Positions 1-13,247 of a stretch of 61,789 nucleotides of DNA are shown in pieces. Position 1 is the first letter of the stretch. Each line of letters starts with the position of its first letter. The position numbers and the translations under genes were made by a program. This DNA comes from Reclinomonas americana ATCC 50394 (taxonomy: Eukaryota), in assembly GCA_048213135.1 (NCBI GenBank), contig PS015055.1, forward strand, positions 102,027 to 163,815, read 5' to 3'. The notes under the pieces are model-generated. The model was given only the letters and a program-made list of their open reading frames with translations. It searched no databases and was not told the origin of the DNA.

Positions 1-246
1 ACCTCCTTCTTCGTCTCGTCGTCTACTACTTACTTATTGTCGCTACTCTCCTCTCTCTCCCGTCTCCTCTCTCTCCTCTCTCTTCTCTCGTCTCCTCTCT
101 CTCTCTCTCTCTCTCTCTCGCTTTGTATGCTTCTCTTCCTCGCTGTGCTCCTCCTCTCACTTGCCATGTCTCCTTTTTCTCGGTCTCTCTCTCTCTCTCT
201 CACTCACCTCAACCTGCCTTCTTCCCTTCCCCTTTCTAATCTGCAG

Positions 247-3200
247 GATGAAGCCGACATGATTGGAGACCACATTGCCATTCTGAGCCAGGGTCAGTTG
301 CGGTGTGCAGGCTCATCGCAGTTCCTCAAGGTTCGAGACGCGCTGGCTTATTTATTTTGCTGGCGTGTCTCTTTTCCGCTCACTTTCCACTCGACAGACT
401 CGATTTGGCATCGGCTACATGCTGAAGCTGGAATGTGCTCCCGACTGCAACCCGAACACAGTCACCGAACTCATTCGGCGGCATGTGCCTTCGACGGAAC
501 GTGTCTCCTATCCGGAAGAGCACGTACTGGCGTACAGACTCGCGCGCTCACAGTTGCGGACCCTCCTTTTCATCACATCTCCGGTGTCGGTGTCTGTGCT
601 CCCACGTGTCTCCCGTTCTCCAACAAGAATGTGTATGCATTTCCATCTCTTCTGTGCGTGCTCCTGCTGCACGTCAAGTTCCTTTCCCTCTCTTTGTGTC
701 GGTCTTCTCCTTGTTGTTCGTTTCTTCTCCATACTGCTGACATCATGTGGAAGTCGCTCTTCTTGGTTCCACGTCTCCTCTTCTGCGCACTCACTTTCTC
801 TCCTCGCCATTTCACAGCCTGTCTTTCTCTTCTTTTTCACTCCTTCTTCTGCTCTCTTCTCTGCACAGCCTGTCCCTTCCCCTCTCATCTCTTTCACCTT
901 TCTTTCTTTGCCCTCTCCTCTCCCATTGCCCAGCCTGTCCCTCTCTTCTCTTCTCTTCCACCTCCCCTCCTCTGCTGTCTCTTCTCCCTTTTCCAACCCA
1001 GCCTTACAGCTTTCTGTCCCTCTTTTCTTCTCTTTGCTTTCTTTCCTACTCTCTCCTCTCCCCTTGCCTGCCCAGTCTGTCCCTCTCTTCTGTTCTCTTC
1101 CACCTCCCCTCCTCTGCTGTTTCCCCTCCCTTTACTTTCTCAGCTTGCCCTATCCCTCTGTTTCTTTCTTCTCTTGCGCTCTCTTCTGATTCACTTCTCA
1201 TTGCCCTTTCTTCTCGACACCAGCTGCGACGCCTTCAGTGCCATGTTCGAGGAGCTCGACCGCTCAATGCGCGACCTGCACGTCCTGGGCTACGGCATCT
1301 CGATGACCACTCTGGAGGAGGTGTTCCTGCGTCTCGTACAAGAGGGCGATGAGTGGGAACAGTCCACAGTTTCGTTGTATCCTTTCTTCCCAAATTACTT
1401 CACCTGACGCTCCATCTCATGCTTTCTGCGCACAGGACCTCGGTCGCACGCTCGACGAGCGACGATTGATGCGCTCTCACAGCCTCACCGGTCACAGTGA
1501 GCACGGTGCCAGCGGAGACATTGAGTTGGGAGGCACCTACGGTTCCTTTTCCACTGGTGTGTGCTTTCGTTTCGTACGGCCCACCTCTGCACTCTTGTTT
1601 CTCACACGGTGGCGCAGAAATGAGCAATCAATCGTTCCTCCGAGTGGACTCCACGCGACCACACTTCCTGCTCCAACTCGGCGGCCTCATGGTCAAACGT
1701 GGCCGCCTGGCGCTGCGCAACAAGCGATTCCTCTTCACCCAGCTGCTGCTGCCACTGCTCTTGTTCCTCCTCGGCGTCCTCTTGCTGGTTCGTTCCTTGT
1801 TGTTGTCCGTCGACTGGCACAACCTATTCACGATTCTTCTTTTCGGCTCTGTGCAGTACTTCCTCACCAGTCCACCGGCCCCCGCCCAGCCACCACTGCC
1901 ACTCACCATCGCCTCGTACGGCCCGTATGCCAATCTCATTGTGCCGTACGCACCGGCCACCGCAGCCGCGGAGAACATCCTCCAGTACTTGCCTGGCTTC
2001 TCGTTGCTGAAATCCACGCCGTCTTTTGCCTCGGACAGTGATCTCGAACAGTATCTGCTCCAGAGCGCCATTCTCAACGGTCTCTACCAGAACACCACAT
2101 TTGGCGGGTACAGCTTCTCGTCGGCGGATCCGCAGGGCCAGATCGCCTTCAACACGTGGTTCTCACCGGCGGCCGTCCACTCCATTCCCATCTGGGTGCA
2201 CTCGATGAACGAGGCCATCTTGCGCTCCACGCCAGGACGGGCACAGTACGCTGTCTTGGCCTCGCTGTGGCCGTTCCCGATTTTCGACTTTGCCAATCTG
2301 AACACGCACGTGTACGCCGGCATCTGCTTCATTTTGGCGTTCTCCATTGCGGCCAGCTCCACGGCAGTGCACGTTGTCAGCGAGCGTCGCTCCAAGGCCA
2401 AGCATTTGCAGCTGTTGGCGGGTGCCGGAAAAGTTGCGGAGGAGGGGGCAGGAATGGGGTATGCCCTTGTGTTTCTTGTCGCCTACTTTCCCCTCAGTTG
2501 TATCTCCATTAGTCACTCTGTTCGATTCTTCCTGCCGTCTCGGTTTCCATTACCCTGTGACTTCCCATTGTTTTGCTTTCAATTCCTTCTCTTTTCCTTC
2601 ATTTCGCCCTTCATTTGGCTTTCTTGTCCCTTCTGTGTCCTTTTCCCTCCCTTGCCTTCTAACCCCTCCCTTCCGTTCATGCAGTTCGTATACTGGCTCG
2701 CCAACCTCCTCTGGGACGTCCTGTGGCAATTGCTCTTCGTCTCCTGCGCTGTGGTTCTGCTTCTCGCGATGCGTCCAAACGAATACGCAAACGCCGGTGC
2801 CTACCTCGGAGCCGGCAACTCACCCGCGGCCCTGGTTCTGCTCTTTCTTGGCCACGCATTCGCGTCCACTGCGCTCACCTACCTACTGTCGCTCGGATTC
2901 CGCGGGCAGACGGCTGCGCAAGGATCGCTGGCCGCCATCTTCTTCTTCTTCGCCTTGTGTCTACTGTCCACCATTACCTCAGTGGGCGCCACACAAGGCC
3001 CGAGCAATCACTCGCTGACGTTCCTTCTCGAGTGGATCTTTGCCAGCCTCTCCAGCACGTACGCCATGACAGTGGTTCGTGAGCATTCCACGCGCGCACA
3101 GGCTGCTTGTCGCTTGCTCCTCATCTGCAAACACTTCGCAGGGCATTCTCAAGTTCGAGGGCTTCCTGTATCTGCGCCCCGATCCACCACACGTTACGCC

Positions 3201-3754
3201 ATGGACATTTGATCAAGGCGTCCTCAACGAGATCGTTCTGCTGTGGGGTCAAGCGGTGCTCTATTTCGCCGTGCTGATGGTGGTCGAGATGCGACAAGAA
3301 CTCTTCCGGTGTATGATGCTTCGGTGTCGATGGTGCTGCTGTTGTTGCTGGCCTCGCGGAAGCCGTATGTCGCGCAGCCGGCGTGTGCTGGTTGCCAATG
3401 GCACTATCTCCGCACAGCCGCTGCTGCCCGGAGCCTCGGCCGCTGCCGGTGCTGCCGCGCCGCCTGAAGGTGCAAAGCCGCCAGTTATTTGGTTGTGCTG
3501 ATTGCTGATTAAGTGTCTGTTTATTCTGCGCAGAAGGTGAGCCAGAGCTGGACGAAGACGTGCTGAATGAGGAGGCACGAGTGGCGCAAATTCTGCAAGT
3601 CAACCACGGCACACCACCAGACGACAACGCAGTGCTGCTGCAGCAGGTCCGCAAGGAGTACAATGCCGGCACCCCACTGGCAAAGGTTTGTGTGCGCTTC
3701 CTTTGTCAACTCTCTTTGTCTGCACGTCTGTTGCGATTAGATCTCCCCAGTACC

Positions 3755-3797
<43 letters not shown>

Positions 3798-6658
3798 CGT
3801 GTGCTTGTGTGCGTGCATGCGTGTGCGTGCATTGAAACCATGATGATGCAGCACTGAGAACGCGTTGTTCTTTTCCTTCTTCCTCATGTCCTCCACATTC
3901 CTATCGTCGTCTTTGTTCTCCAATCTCTTCTGCATCCCTTGCTTCTCCTCCTCTCACTTCCTTCTCCCCTCCTTCCCCTCGTCCAGGTCGCCGTCAATCG
4001 CCTCTCTTTTGCCCTGGAACCGGGAGACTGCTTCGGCATTCTGGGTCGCGGCGGCTGCGGCAAGACGTCTGTCGCGCTAATGCTCACCGCGCAGCTGCGA
4101 GCCACATTCGGTGATGTGTTTGTGGAGGGTCTGGATGCGGCGATCGAACCCCGCGAGTTGCAGCGCAACGTCGGCTATTGTGCACAGCGCGACGCACTGA
4201 TCGAGGATCTGACCGGGCGCGAACACCTCCTGCTGTTCGCGCGCCTCAAGGGCATTCCCACCAACAAAATAGGCATGGTGGTAGACGGCCTCATCAACAT
4301 GATGCGACTCGGCAAGCTGGCCAACCGACGTGTGGCGCGCTACGGCAACGGCATTCGGAGGCGACTGTCGCTGGCGATTGCACTAATGGGCAACCCCTCG
4401 GTGTTGGTCCTCGACGAGGTCACGCGCGGCGTCGACCCATCAACAAGAAGGTCTCCGACGTTGCTGACTCACTCACGTGGCGATGATGATGCCCCTGCTC
4501 ACACGCTCCTGTTGGGCAGATTCATCTGGAACACCATCATTCGAGTTCGCGAGGAGAAGACGATTGTTCTCACGACACACAGCATGGAGGAGGCGGATGC
4601 GCTGTGCACGAGAATTGGAGTGCTGAAGGGAGGAGAGGTGCGTTGTTTTGCGGTGATTGAAGAAGAGGAGAGGACGAAGGAGAGGAGGAGATGTACAGGA
4701 AGAGGAAGAATAGAAGGACGAAGCGCAACAACAAGAAGATCAAAAAATAAGTTGACGAAGGAAGAGGAGGAGAAGCAAACACGCGGGCCACTGGCATCGA
4801 GGAGGGAAGAGAGCAGCGGACCAGAGAAGATCTTCAGGGAAAAGAGGCGTTGAAGACGCGGAAGAGGAAGAAGAAGCAGAAGAGGGAGAAGAAACAGAAG
4901 AGGGAAACAATATCAAAAAACAATAAGAAGAAGAAGAAGAAGAAGGAAGCAGAAGCGGAAGCAAGCAGCAGAACCTACAAGGGACACTGGGTGTGAAGAA
5001 AAGGGAGCAGAGAAGTAGAGAAGAATGAGGAAGCATGCATATGTAGACAGAAAGAGGAACTGATCGCGGTCGCGGCACTCCGAAGCTGAGAGCTTGGAAA
5101 CAGGAAGCATGTTTCGCTCTCTCTTTTCTGTGCTCCTCAACTCGGTCGTCTCTCGCCCCGCCGATATCTATTCTTCTTGTTCTTCACCGCACTCTCGCAG
5201 TCGTTCTTACAGTTGTCCCTGCATCTCTTTGCCTCTCTCCTTATCTCATATCGATATCTTGGCTCATTCTCAGTCGTGCTGATAGTTGTCTCCTGCATTA
5301 ACTTTTCGTTTTCTCTCCACCTGTCATCGATATCTTGACTCCCTTTGTTGTTCCTCACCACGCTCCCACAGTCGTGTTCTTGTGTTTCTCCGCCGATCAC
5401 CGATGTCTTGACCACCTTCTCACGATTGTCTCTGCATTTACTTCTTTTTATCTCCGCGTANNNNNNNNNNNNNNNNNNNNNNNNNNNNNNNNNNNNNNNN
5501 NNNNNNNNNNNNNNNNNNNNNNNNNNNNNNNNNNNNNNNNNNNNNNNNNNNNNNNNNNNNNNNNNNNNNNNNNNNNNNNNNNNNNNNNNNNNNNNNNNNN
5601 NNNNNNNNNNNNNNNNNNNNNNNNNNNNNNNNNNNNNNNNNNNNNNNNNNNNNNNNNNNNNNNNNNNNNNNNNNNNNNNNNNNNNNNNNNNNNNNNNNNN
5701 NNNNNNNNNNNNNNNNNNNNNNNNNNNNNNNNNNNNNNNNNNNNNNNNNNNNNNNNNNNNNNNNNNNNNNNNNNNNNNNNNNNNNNNNNNNNNNNNNNNN
5801 NNNNNNNNNNNNNNNNNNNNNNNNNNNNNNNNNNNNNNNNNNNNNNNNNNNNNNGACTCCTTTGTTGTTCTTCATTTCACTCCCACAGTCGTGTTCTTGT
5901 GTTTCTCTCCGCCGATCATTATTCTGCTCACCTTCTCACGATTGTCTCTGCATTTACTTCTTTTTCTCTCCGCGTGTCTGTGATATCTTGACTCACCTTG
6001 TTGCCCTTCAACACACTCCTGAGCGATTGTCTAATATATTCACTTGTTTTTTCTCTCTCCTTCCCCCTTTATCCCTCCAGATGGTGTGCCTCGGCACCTC
6101 GCAGCACCTGCGCGACCGCTTCAGCACCGGCTATCACATGGAGATCAAGACCATCACACCCGAGTACTCGCCGGCACTGCACGCGTTCATGGACCGTCAG
6201 TTCCCCGACGCGCAGCTGTTGGATGAGCACGGATGCCTGCACACGTTCCAACTGCCTTATGCCGCCCACTCGCTCGCCTCTGTGTTTGGCCTGTTGCAGC
6301 GCAATTCGCAGGCTCTGGGCATCGACGACTACGCGGTGACGCAGCCGACACTGGAGCAAATCTTCATTCTCAAGACTCAGGAGCGCGTGGACCGTGATCC
6401 TGCCACCAATGGTGCGTTGTCTCTACCCCCACTTATCATCACCCTTTCGTTCTTGTTGGTCATTCCTGTCACTTGTTTGCAGACCGCGTCGAGTTGCGAC
6501 CACGGCGCTCCTGCCTGCTCTGCTGCGGCTGCCGGTGCTGTTGTGGCGCCTCGCCGGCTTCATCGGTCGACTCGGTCCGCGAAGTCACCGGCACGGTCAC
6601 CTACACGGACGGGTATGACGAGTACGCAGAATCAGAGACCGAGTACGGTCGCTCCTAA
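247..6658 (+). CDS. ABCA-subfamily full ABC transporter, 3' part (end of NBD1, TMD2, NBD2); multi-exon, 5' end outside window
   Basis: Spliced exons give DEADMIGDHIAILSQGQLRCAGSSQFLK, YGISMTTLEEVFL, ERRSKAKHLQLLAG, GILGRGGCGKT, VGYCAQRDAL, LVLDEVTRGVDP, IVLTTHSMEEADALCTRI, CLGTSQHLRDRF and DYAVTQPTLEQIF, all typical ABCA motifs. Stop TAA ends at 6658. Confidence 0.93.
5335..5985. repeat. Intronic repeat (~125 bp) seen on both sides of a gap in an ABCA intron
   Basis: gactccctttgttgttc...tctccgcgt at ~5337-5460 recurs with few differences at ~5855-5975. It could be a tandem repeat or a contig overlap. Confidence 0.6.
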
Positions 6659-6766
6659 AAAATCGTAATATATAAATTAACAAACCAGCTCATTTGTCTT
6701 TGTGTGTTCTTACAGCTTTATGGGGGTTTCTCCCCTTTTCCCTTATCTCTTTAACATTATGCGCGG

Positions 6767-9700
6767 CTATCGCCCCGACCGCCGCTCCTTGGTCTTCATG
6801 AGCACAAAGCTCTCGCCGTCGGATGTCGCCACAATCGACTTGCCGCGTCGTGCAAACGTGGTCACCTGCGACATCTTGGTCGAGTGCAAGTGGCCACGCG
6901 GCGAAATGCACTCCACCAGACGCGCTGTCTGGTTGAATCCGCGATCCGGGATCGTCGCATCCTCGGCAGAGAGCTGCGGCTTGGTGGTCATCTCGGCACT
7001 GGGGCCGGAACCGGCGCCACGCTGCCGATGGATACCCTGCAGTACCTCGGTGCGCCACTCTCGGGCATCTTGTGAGGCAAAGAGCTCGGTGTCTGAGTTC
7101 TTGTTCTTGCGCTCGTAGAGGAGGCTGACGTCGGGCGTGCGGCGAGTCACGTGAGAGTCGAGTGTGATTTGGTTCGGAATGCGCGCCTGTGACATCCACA
7201 CGCGAAGCAAATGAGTCACTTGAAAGCACTACGTCATGGAGGCGGGCGGGGCGTGACGCAACGCAGAGGTAGTTCATCGGGAGATCTTGTCCCGAGACTC
7301 GCCAAGTGATGCGCTGGCCCTCGCGGAACGACAGCGGAACATTCTGCAGAGACCGTCAAGTTATAAGCCGGAATCATGAAGGGGAGAATCGCTTAGGCAC
7401 ACACACACCTTGTCCTTGGTCTCATTCTGCGTAAACTTTTGCTGCATCCGCCTCCGCACTTTGCGCATCTTTTCGTCAAACTCCACCACGGTCTGGTCGC
7501 GCCGTGAACGCGCGAACGCCACGCCACCGCCCCGATGTGCCACAGCTCGCCACCCTCGCTCAGTGTCGTACTCCAGCTCGTTGTGCGTCTCGAGCGGCGG
7601 GTCGCTCCACTTGGCAAAGAAACCACGCCACTCGTCGGGCCGATCGGTGGCCGAATCAAAGCTGATGGCGCCGCGTGGTCGTTTCTCCGTGACTCCCGAC
7701 TTGGTGAACTCGGGAGGCGACAGGAACGGTCTCCGTGGTGGATCAGCCGACTGCGGTCGTTGACGATCGGCAGGCGAGCCAGCCGACGTCGGTCGTGAGG
7801 GTGAGCGACCGCGCGAGGCCGGTGTCGCCGACGTTGGTCGCTTCTGTGACGACCTGCCTTGCGTGGCCGAGCGACCACGAGCAGAGGACTTGGAGCCCTC
7901 GGCTTCGACTGTACCAGCACCTGAAATGCGGCCCGACACTGCGCGTGAGGAGCCCGGCGTGCGCTCGCTCTCAAGCAGGGCGCTTGCCGGCCGCCCTCGC
8001 TTTGTGGGCGACGTGGACGGTGACGGTGTGCGGGATCCGCCCTTGGCACTGCCTGCGGTGCCGTTCAGACCAATGCTGGAGAGCAGCTCGTGTTGCACTC
8101 GGCGCCACTTCTTCTCAGGCGTCGACATGAACGGAATGGAACTATTTGATGTATGTAGGTGAGTGAGACCAGCAGCGCGCTGTGCAGTGAGAGTGTGCGG
8201 AGTCTGACGCAACGATTGACCGCTCTTTGCGCGTCGTTTCTCCTCCAAAACCTCCAAAGCGTGCGCCATCTCCAACTTTCCACCAACGCCAGCCACTGCC
8301 GCTTCCAGCAGGCGCCCTAGTGCGCCGCCGATAGCGGGTCCGGAGCTGGACTTGGTGGCACTCAAGTGCGGCAGCGAGTCGCCCGAGCTCTCCGACCGCG
8401 CAATCACCGATTCCATGTCGACGCCATCATCATCGTCATCGTCGTCGCCGCCCTGGTCGTCGTTCTCGCCGGCACTTTCGTCTCCGCCGAGTTTCGGACC
8501 TGCGGCAGCAACAGCCGACGATGCGGAAGGAACCGACAGGAGCGGAACAGCAGAGGAGGCTGACAGCGTGGAGGCGGCCACATTGGTCGACGATGCGGGT
8601 GCGGCCGGCGACAGGCTCGACGGTTGTCGGTCATTGGTACCGACCGACTGCAAAGACTGCTGCTGTTGCACAACGACATCGCGATCCGAGGCGGCGCGAA
8701 GTGTCGGGGATACGGAGCGGCCAGTTTCGGATGTCCTCGACACGTCGGGTGCCGAGGAGGCTGCCAGCTGATTGTCGCGGAAACGCAGCGCGCGGCCGAT
8801 AGCGTCAGCCGCCCTTGCAGAAGACGACACGCGCTGAACAGATGGTTCTGGTGAGCGCGGAACCGGCGATTGCGATTGTTGACTTCTATCTCTGCAATAC
8901 AAAAAGAGACGAATTGCCATGAGTACAGCGAAAGCAAAAGAGCTGCTACGCAGAAGAAAACAGACGCAACGATCGTGCTCCCGATCTCGCATCGGGTCTT
9001 GGCGATCCAGAAGCGTCCGACGCGGCGGCCACCGCCAGTACAGGAGCAGACGGCATGTCGTGCGCGGAGGCCGACCGAGAGTGGCCACCTGAACGGCCGC
9101 GCGCATGCGCTGGCTGTGGTGATGCGCCTCGCTTGGTCTGTCGTTGCTGTTGGCGACGGTGTGCGGCACGGAACATGGCGCTGTCGCGCTCATCCGGCGT
9201 CGTTGGTGTTGTGCTGGCACTTCGATTCGTGCCAGGAGTGGCCAGTGCGGCGGCTGTCGCGGCGGCAGTGGTGGTCGCTGTGGTGGTAGTCGTGGTCGTT
9301 GTTGTCGTGTCGTGCTTGCTGCCGTCGACCGACGATGTCGGTCGCAGATGATCGGGCGGTGAGTGCACCGTATCTGCGTAGTACGACGTGCTCTGGTCCT
9401 CCGTGTCCAACATGTCGTCGAGGGGGTCGACCAGGAACGACTTATCGCTGGACTGACGATCCACTCGACTGCGGTAGGCTGCCGTGGGAGGTCGTGGTCT
9501 CCGGTCCATTTGCGGAGAACGACGGTCCACGCCGGGCGCCGAGCTCGGTCTCAAGACAGCCTCGGCGGTGGCGGGAGTCGCCAGCAACATCGAGTGATTG
9601 AGTCGATGCTGTGGTGGCGTGTCGTGGCTCATGGGCGACAGCGTGACATGCGACGGCGCTGCATGCGTCGCCGCGGCAGTCTTGATTTGCGGCGACGTGG

Positions 9701-12700
9701 GCGCTGACATTGCCGCCGCAGCGGCGGTTGAGGGAACCGACAGATTGCTGCTGCCACGCGGTGGCTGCCGCGAGGACGATGTGTTGCGGAGAATGGACGA
9801 CGACAAAAAGTGCATCGACGATGAGGCCGAGTCCTCCAGGCTGTGGAAGCCGCCGCCGCCCCCACTCTCATCCAGGTCGGGCGACGAGGCCAGGGAGAAG
9901 CCGTCCATGTGACCTGCACATAATTCAACGTTGAGTGCTTCATAAGACACTTTCCCCCACGCACACGCGTGATCCATACGCACCGGTATTGTCCATGGAC
10001 GCCGCGTCGTCGCCCGATGGTGGCGCAGTAAAGAGTGCCTTGACGACCTCGGTGTTTGCTTCGACTCGTCGCTCAATTTCTTGCGCCTGTCCATGCGTGC
10101 TCTGCGTGCGCTTGACCGCCGAAAACGGAACGCCCCCGACTGGCGAGCGCAGCTCGTACTTGTCCTTGACTTTCCCCAGTTCCACCACGTCCTGCATGCG
10201 TTGCGTGCGCTCGGTGGTCGGCAAGTAGCGTCCCGACGTGGTGGTGCGCTGCGCTTGCGGCTGTGCCGAGGCCGGACGAATCTGACTGCAGGTGGGCTTG
10301 CGATCACGCAGCCGCTGCAAGTCTTGTCGCACCTGCGAGTGCGGCAAGAGTGGGTGGGTGGGTGGATTCGCAAGGTGGGTGAGGGTGTTTCGGCACCAAC
10401 CTCGTCGTTCAAATCATACGAATCGTCGCGAAGGTCGGCGGAACGTGCGACCTTCATCACCACCTTGATGGGAGTCTGTCGCGCAACAACGCAGAGTGTG
10501 AATGAATAATTGATCAAAAGACTGGCACGCGTGTACGGGTTCGACTCGTGCAACAGCACACACAAAGAGGCAGGCAGACGCAAAGGGCCACAGGGCAGAT
10601 GAAGCGAGCGACATGTTGAAGACAGCAGAGCTCAAGTGTGCGTTCGTTGTAGGGTGGAAGAACGCATCCCCCCAAAGAAAAACCGTTTTTCCTCCTGACT
10701 ACAGCAACGCACCGGAGTCTTCACACTCATCATCACCGACACTGCCGCATCANNNNNNNNNNNNNNNNNNNNNNNNNNNNNNNNNNNNNNNNNNNNNNNN
10801 NNNNNNNNNNNNNNNNNNNNNNNNNNNNNNNNNNNNNNNNNNNNNNNNNNNNNNNNNNNNNNNNNNNNNNNNNNNNNNNNNNNNNNNNNNNNNNNNNNNN
10901 NNNNNNNNNNNNNNNNNNNNNNNNNNNNNNNNNNNNNNNNNNNNNNNNNNNNNNNNNNNNNNNNNNNNNNNNNNNNNNNNNNNNNNNNNNNNNNNNNNNN
11001 NNNNNNNNNNNNNNNNNNNNNNNNNNNNNNNNNNNNNNNNNNNNNNNNNNNNNNNNNNNNNNNNNNNNNNNNNNNNNNNNNNNNNNNNNNNNNNNNNNNN
11101 NNNNNNNNNNNNNNNNNNNNNNNNNNNNNNNNNNNNNNNNNNNNNNNNNNNNNNNNNNNNNNNNNNNNNNNNNNNNNNNNNNNNNNNNNNNNNNNNNNNN
11201 NNNNNNNNNNNNNNNNNNNNNNNNNNNNNNNNNNNNNNNNNNNNNNNNNNNNNNNNNNNNNNNNNNNNNNNNNNNNNNNNNNNNNNNNNNNNNNNNNNNN
11301 NNNNNNNNNNNNNNNNNNNNNNNNNNNNNNNNNNNNNNNNNNNNNNNNNNNNNNNNNNNNNNNNNNNNNNNNNNNNNNNNNNNNNNNNNNNNNNNNNNNN
11401 NNNNNNNNNNNNNNNNNNNNNNNNNNNNNNNNNNNNNNNNNNNNNNNNNNNNNNNNNNNNNNNNNNNNNNNNNNNNNNNNNNNNNNNNNNNNNNNNNNNN
11501 NNNNNNNNNNNNNNNNNNNNNNNNNNNNNNNNNNNNNNNNNNNNNNNNNNNNNNNNNNNNNNNNNNNNNNNNNNNNNNNNNNNNNNNNNNNNNNNNNNNN
11601 NNNNNNNNNNNNNNNNNNNGAGGGAGAGGGAGGCAGCTTTGCTGTCATTCTTTGTCGTATTCACAGCAGAACGGAAGCGACGCTTGAAGGCTTGTGAGTC
11701 AGATCAGGAACGAGTCCGTGGTGAGGGAAGAACGGAGCACGCTGACTTGTCTTGCTCAAAGGGAGAAGCGACACAAGAGTCTCTCACTCGGTGCACGCTG
11801 CTTGGCTCTCTGTTTCGTTCCTTGGGAGACAGAAGACGCACAGACATAAACAGAGACGAGCACAGAGAAGGGAAGAGGGAGAGAGAGAGAACTGTCACTC
11901 GGAACTCCCTGCTTCGCTTTGAAACGCAAGACGCACTGCTCGTTCTTTTCTCTTTCAGAAACGAGCATCACGACAGGAAAGAGCGAGAAATGAGATGAGA
12001 GACGCGCTGGCCATCCTCCTCACTCAGAACACCCTGCTTTGCTCTCTGTTTCGTTCCCTCCAAGACACAAGACACACTACCCTTCCGTTGCTACTCCAGA
12101 AGCAAACACATGGCAAGGGCAGAGAGGAACACAAGAGACGAGAGACGCGCTGGTCATCCCTCCTCCTCCCGCAGACGATCTTCCTCACTCAGAACACCCT
12201 GCTTTGCTCTCTGTTTCGTTCACTCTGCGACCGCCCTTCCTTGGCTCTTCTGAAACAGATGAGAGGCTCGCTGTTCTTTCCCAGAAACACCCCGCTCCAC
12301 TCTCGCTCCTCTCTTCCATGCCCCTCACCTTGGCCTCCTCGGCCAGCTCCTCCGCCGACATGCCCAACAACGTATTAATCGCATTTCCCAGCACCGATGC
12401 TCGACTCGCCGCCGCCGACTTGCTGCTCGTCGCCACAGCCGCAGCCGCCAACGCCGTCGCACTCACCTCCTTCTTCTTATTACTCCCAGCAACAGACGAT
12501 TCATCTTTCCCATCCTGCTCAGCTCCAGATCCCAGCTGCAACAGCGACTTCACACGTCGATGACTGGACGACGACGGCGACGCGGGCTTTTGCCACGCGA
12601 CGCGGACACCGCGCAGGACCACGGGAGGACGCTGCTGGTGCTGATGATCGCCCTCATCGAGCGCCAGCAGTGTCTCCGGGTCATCCAGTAAGTCCGGTCC

Positions 12701-12979
12701 GTAGCGCAGAACTCCCGCGGAGGATGTGCTGCGACGTGTGGAGGCCGAGGTTGCACTGCTGGGGCGTGCGCCTTTGAGAGGCGCAGAGGGTGACGTGGCG
12801 ATGTTGGCTGCTCACACAGAGAGAGTGAGTGACTGCGAGAGTGAGTGTGAGACACACAAGCACGCGCGCGCGTAACAGAGATGTGCGAGAGAGGTGCTGA
12901 GTGGATCGTGCCTCTTCATCTTCTTGGTGTCGTTGGTGGCCAGTGAGGCGGAGCGTGGGCGGGTGCCACGAACCTCCAT
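6767..12979 (-). CDS. Large Ser/Ala/Pro/Arg-rich protein of unknown function, multi-exon; continuity across the 10753-11619 gap is inferred
   Basis: In-frame spliced exons at ~12979-12877 and ~12808-12329, long ORFs 8946..10583 and 7361..9220, and terminal exons 7343-7263 and ~7187-6767. No recognised domain. Confidence 0.55.
11780..12300. repeat. Intronic minisatellite
   Basis: Motif ctcactcagaacaccctgctttgctctctgtttcgttc recurs at ~11785, ~11895, ~12020 and ~12185. Confidence 0.65.
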
Positions 12980-13247
12980 GAGTGGAGAGAGGGTGTTTTG
13001 TGTGCGCACGCGCGACTCCCGCTGCAAGATACAGTACCAACGGCAGGTGTCACTGACATCCATCAATACTGTTCGGTCTTTCGCGGTTCCGAGAATCGTG
13101 CGCCACACAGCATGTTGGCGGTGGAACGGGCACTGCTGCAACGACACGACGCAGCCTTTCGCGAGGAAGATAAAGTCAACGAGAGAAAAAACGCAATTGC
13201 CATCGCGTTTCATTTTCGAATTGCCACTCTTTCCAGCGGCGGTTCAC

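Noticed and set aside
1377-1385. GTATCCTTT, a perfect U12 minor-intron donor motif
   Set aside because: Using it with the acceptor at 1435 shifts the frame into a stop, and no TCCTTAAC branch site is visible. The in-frame donor is GTTTCG at 1369.
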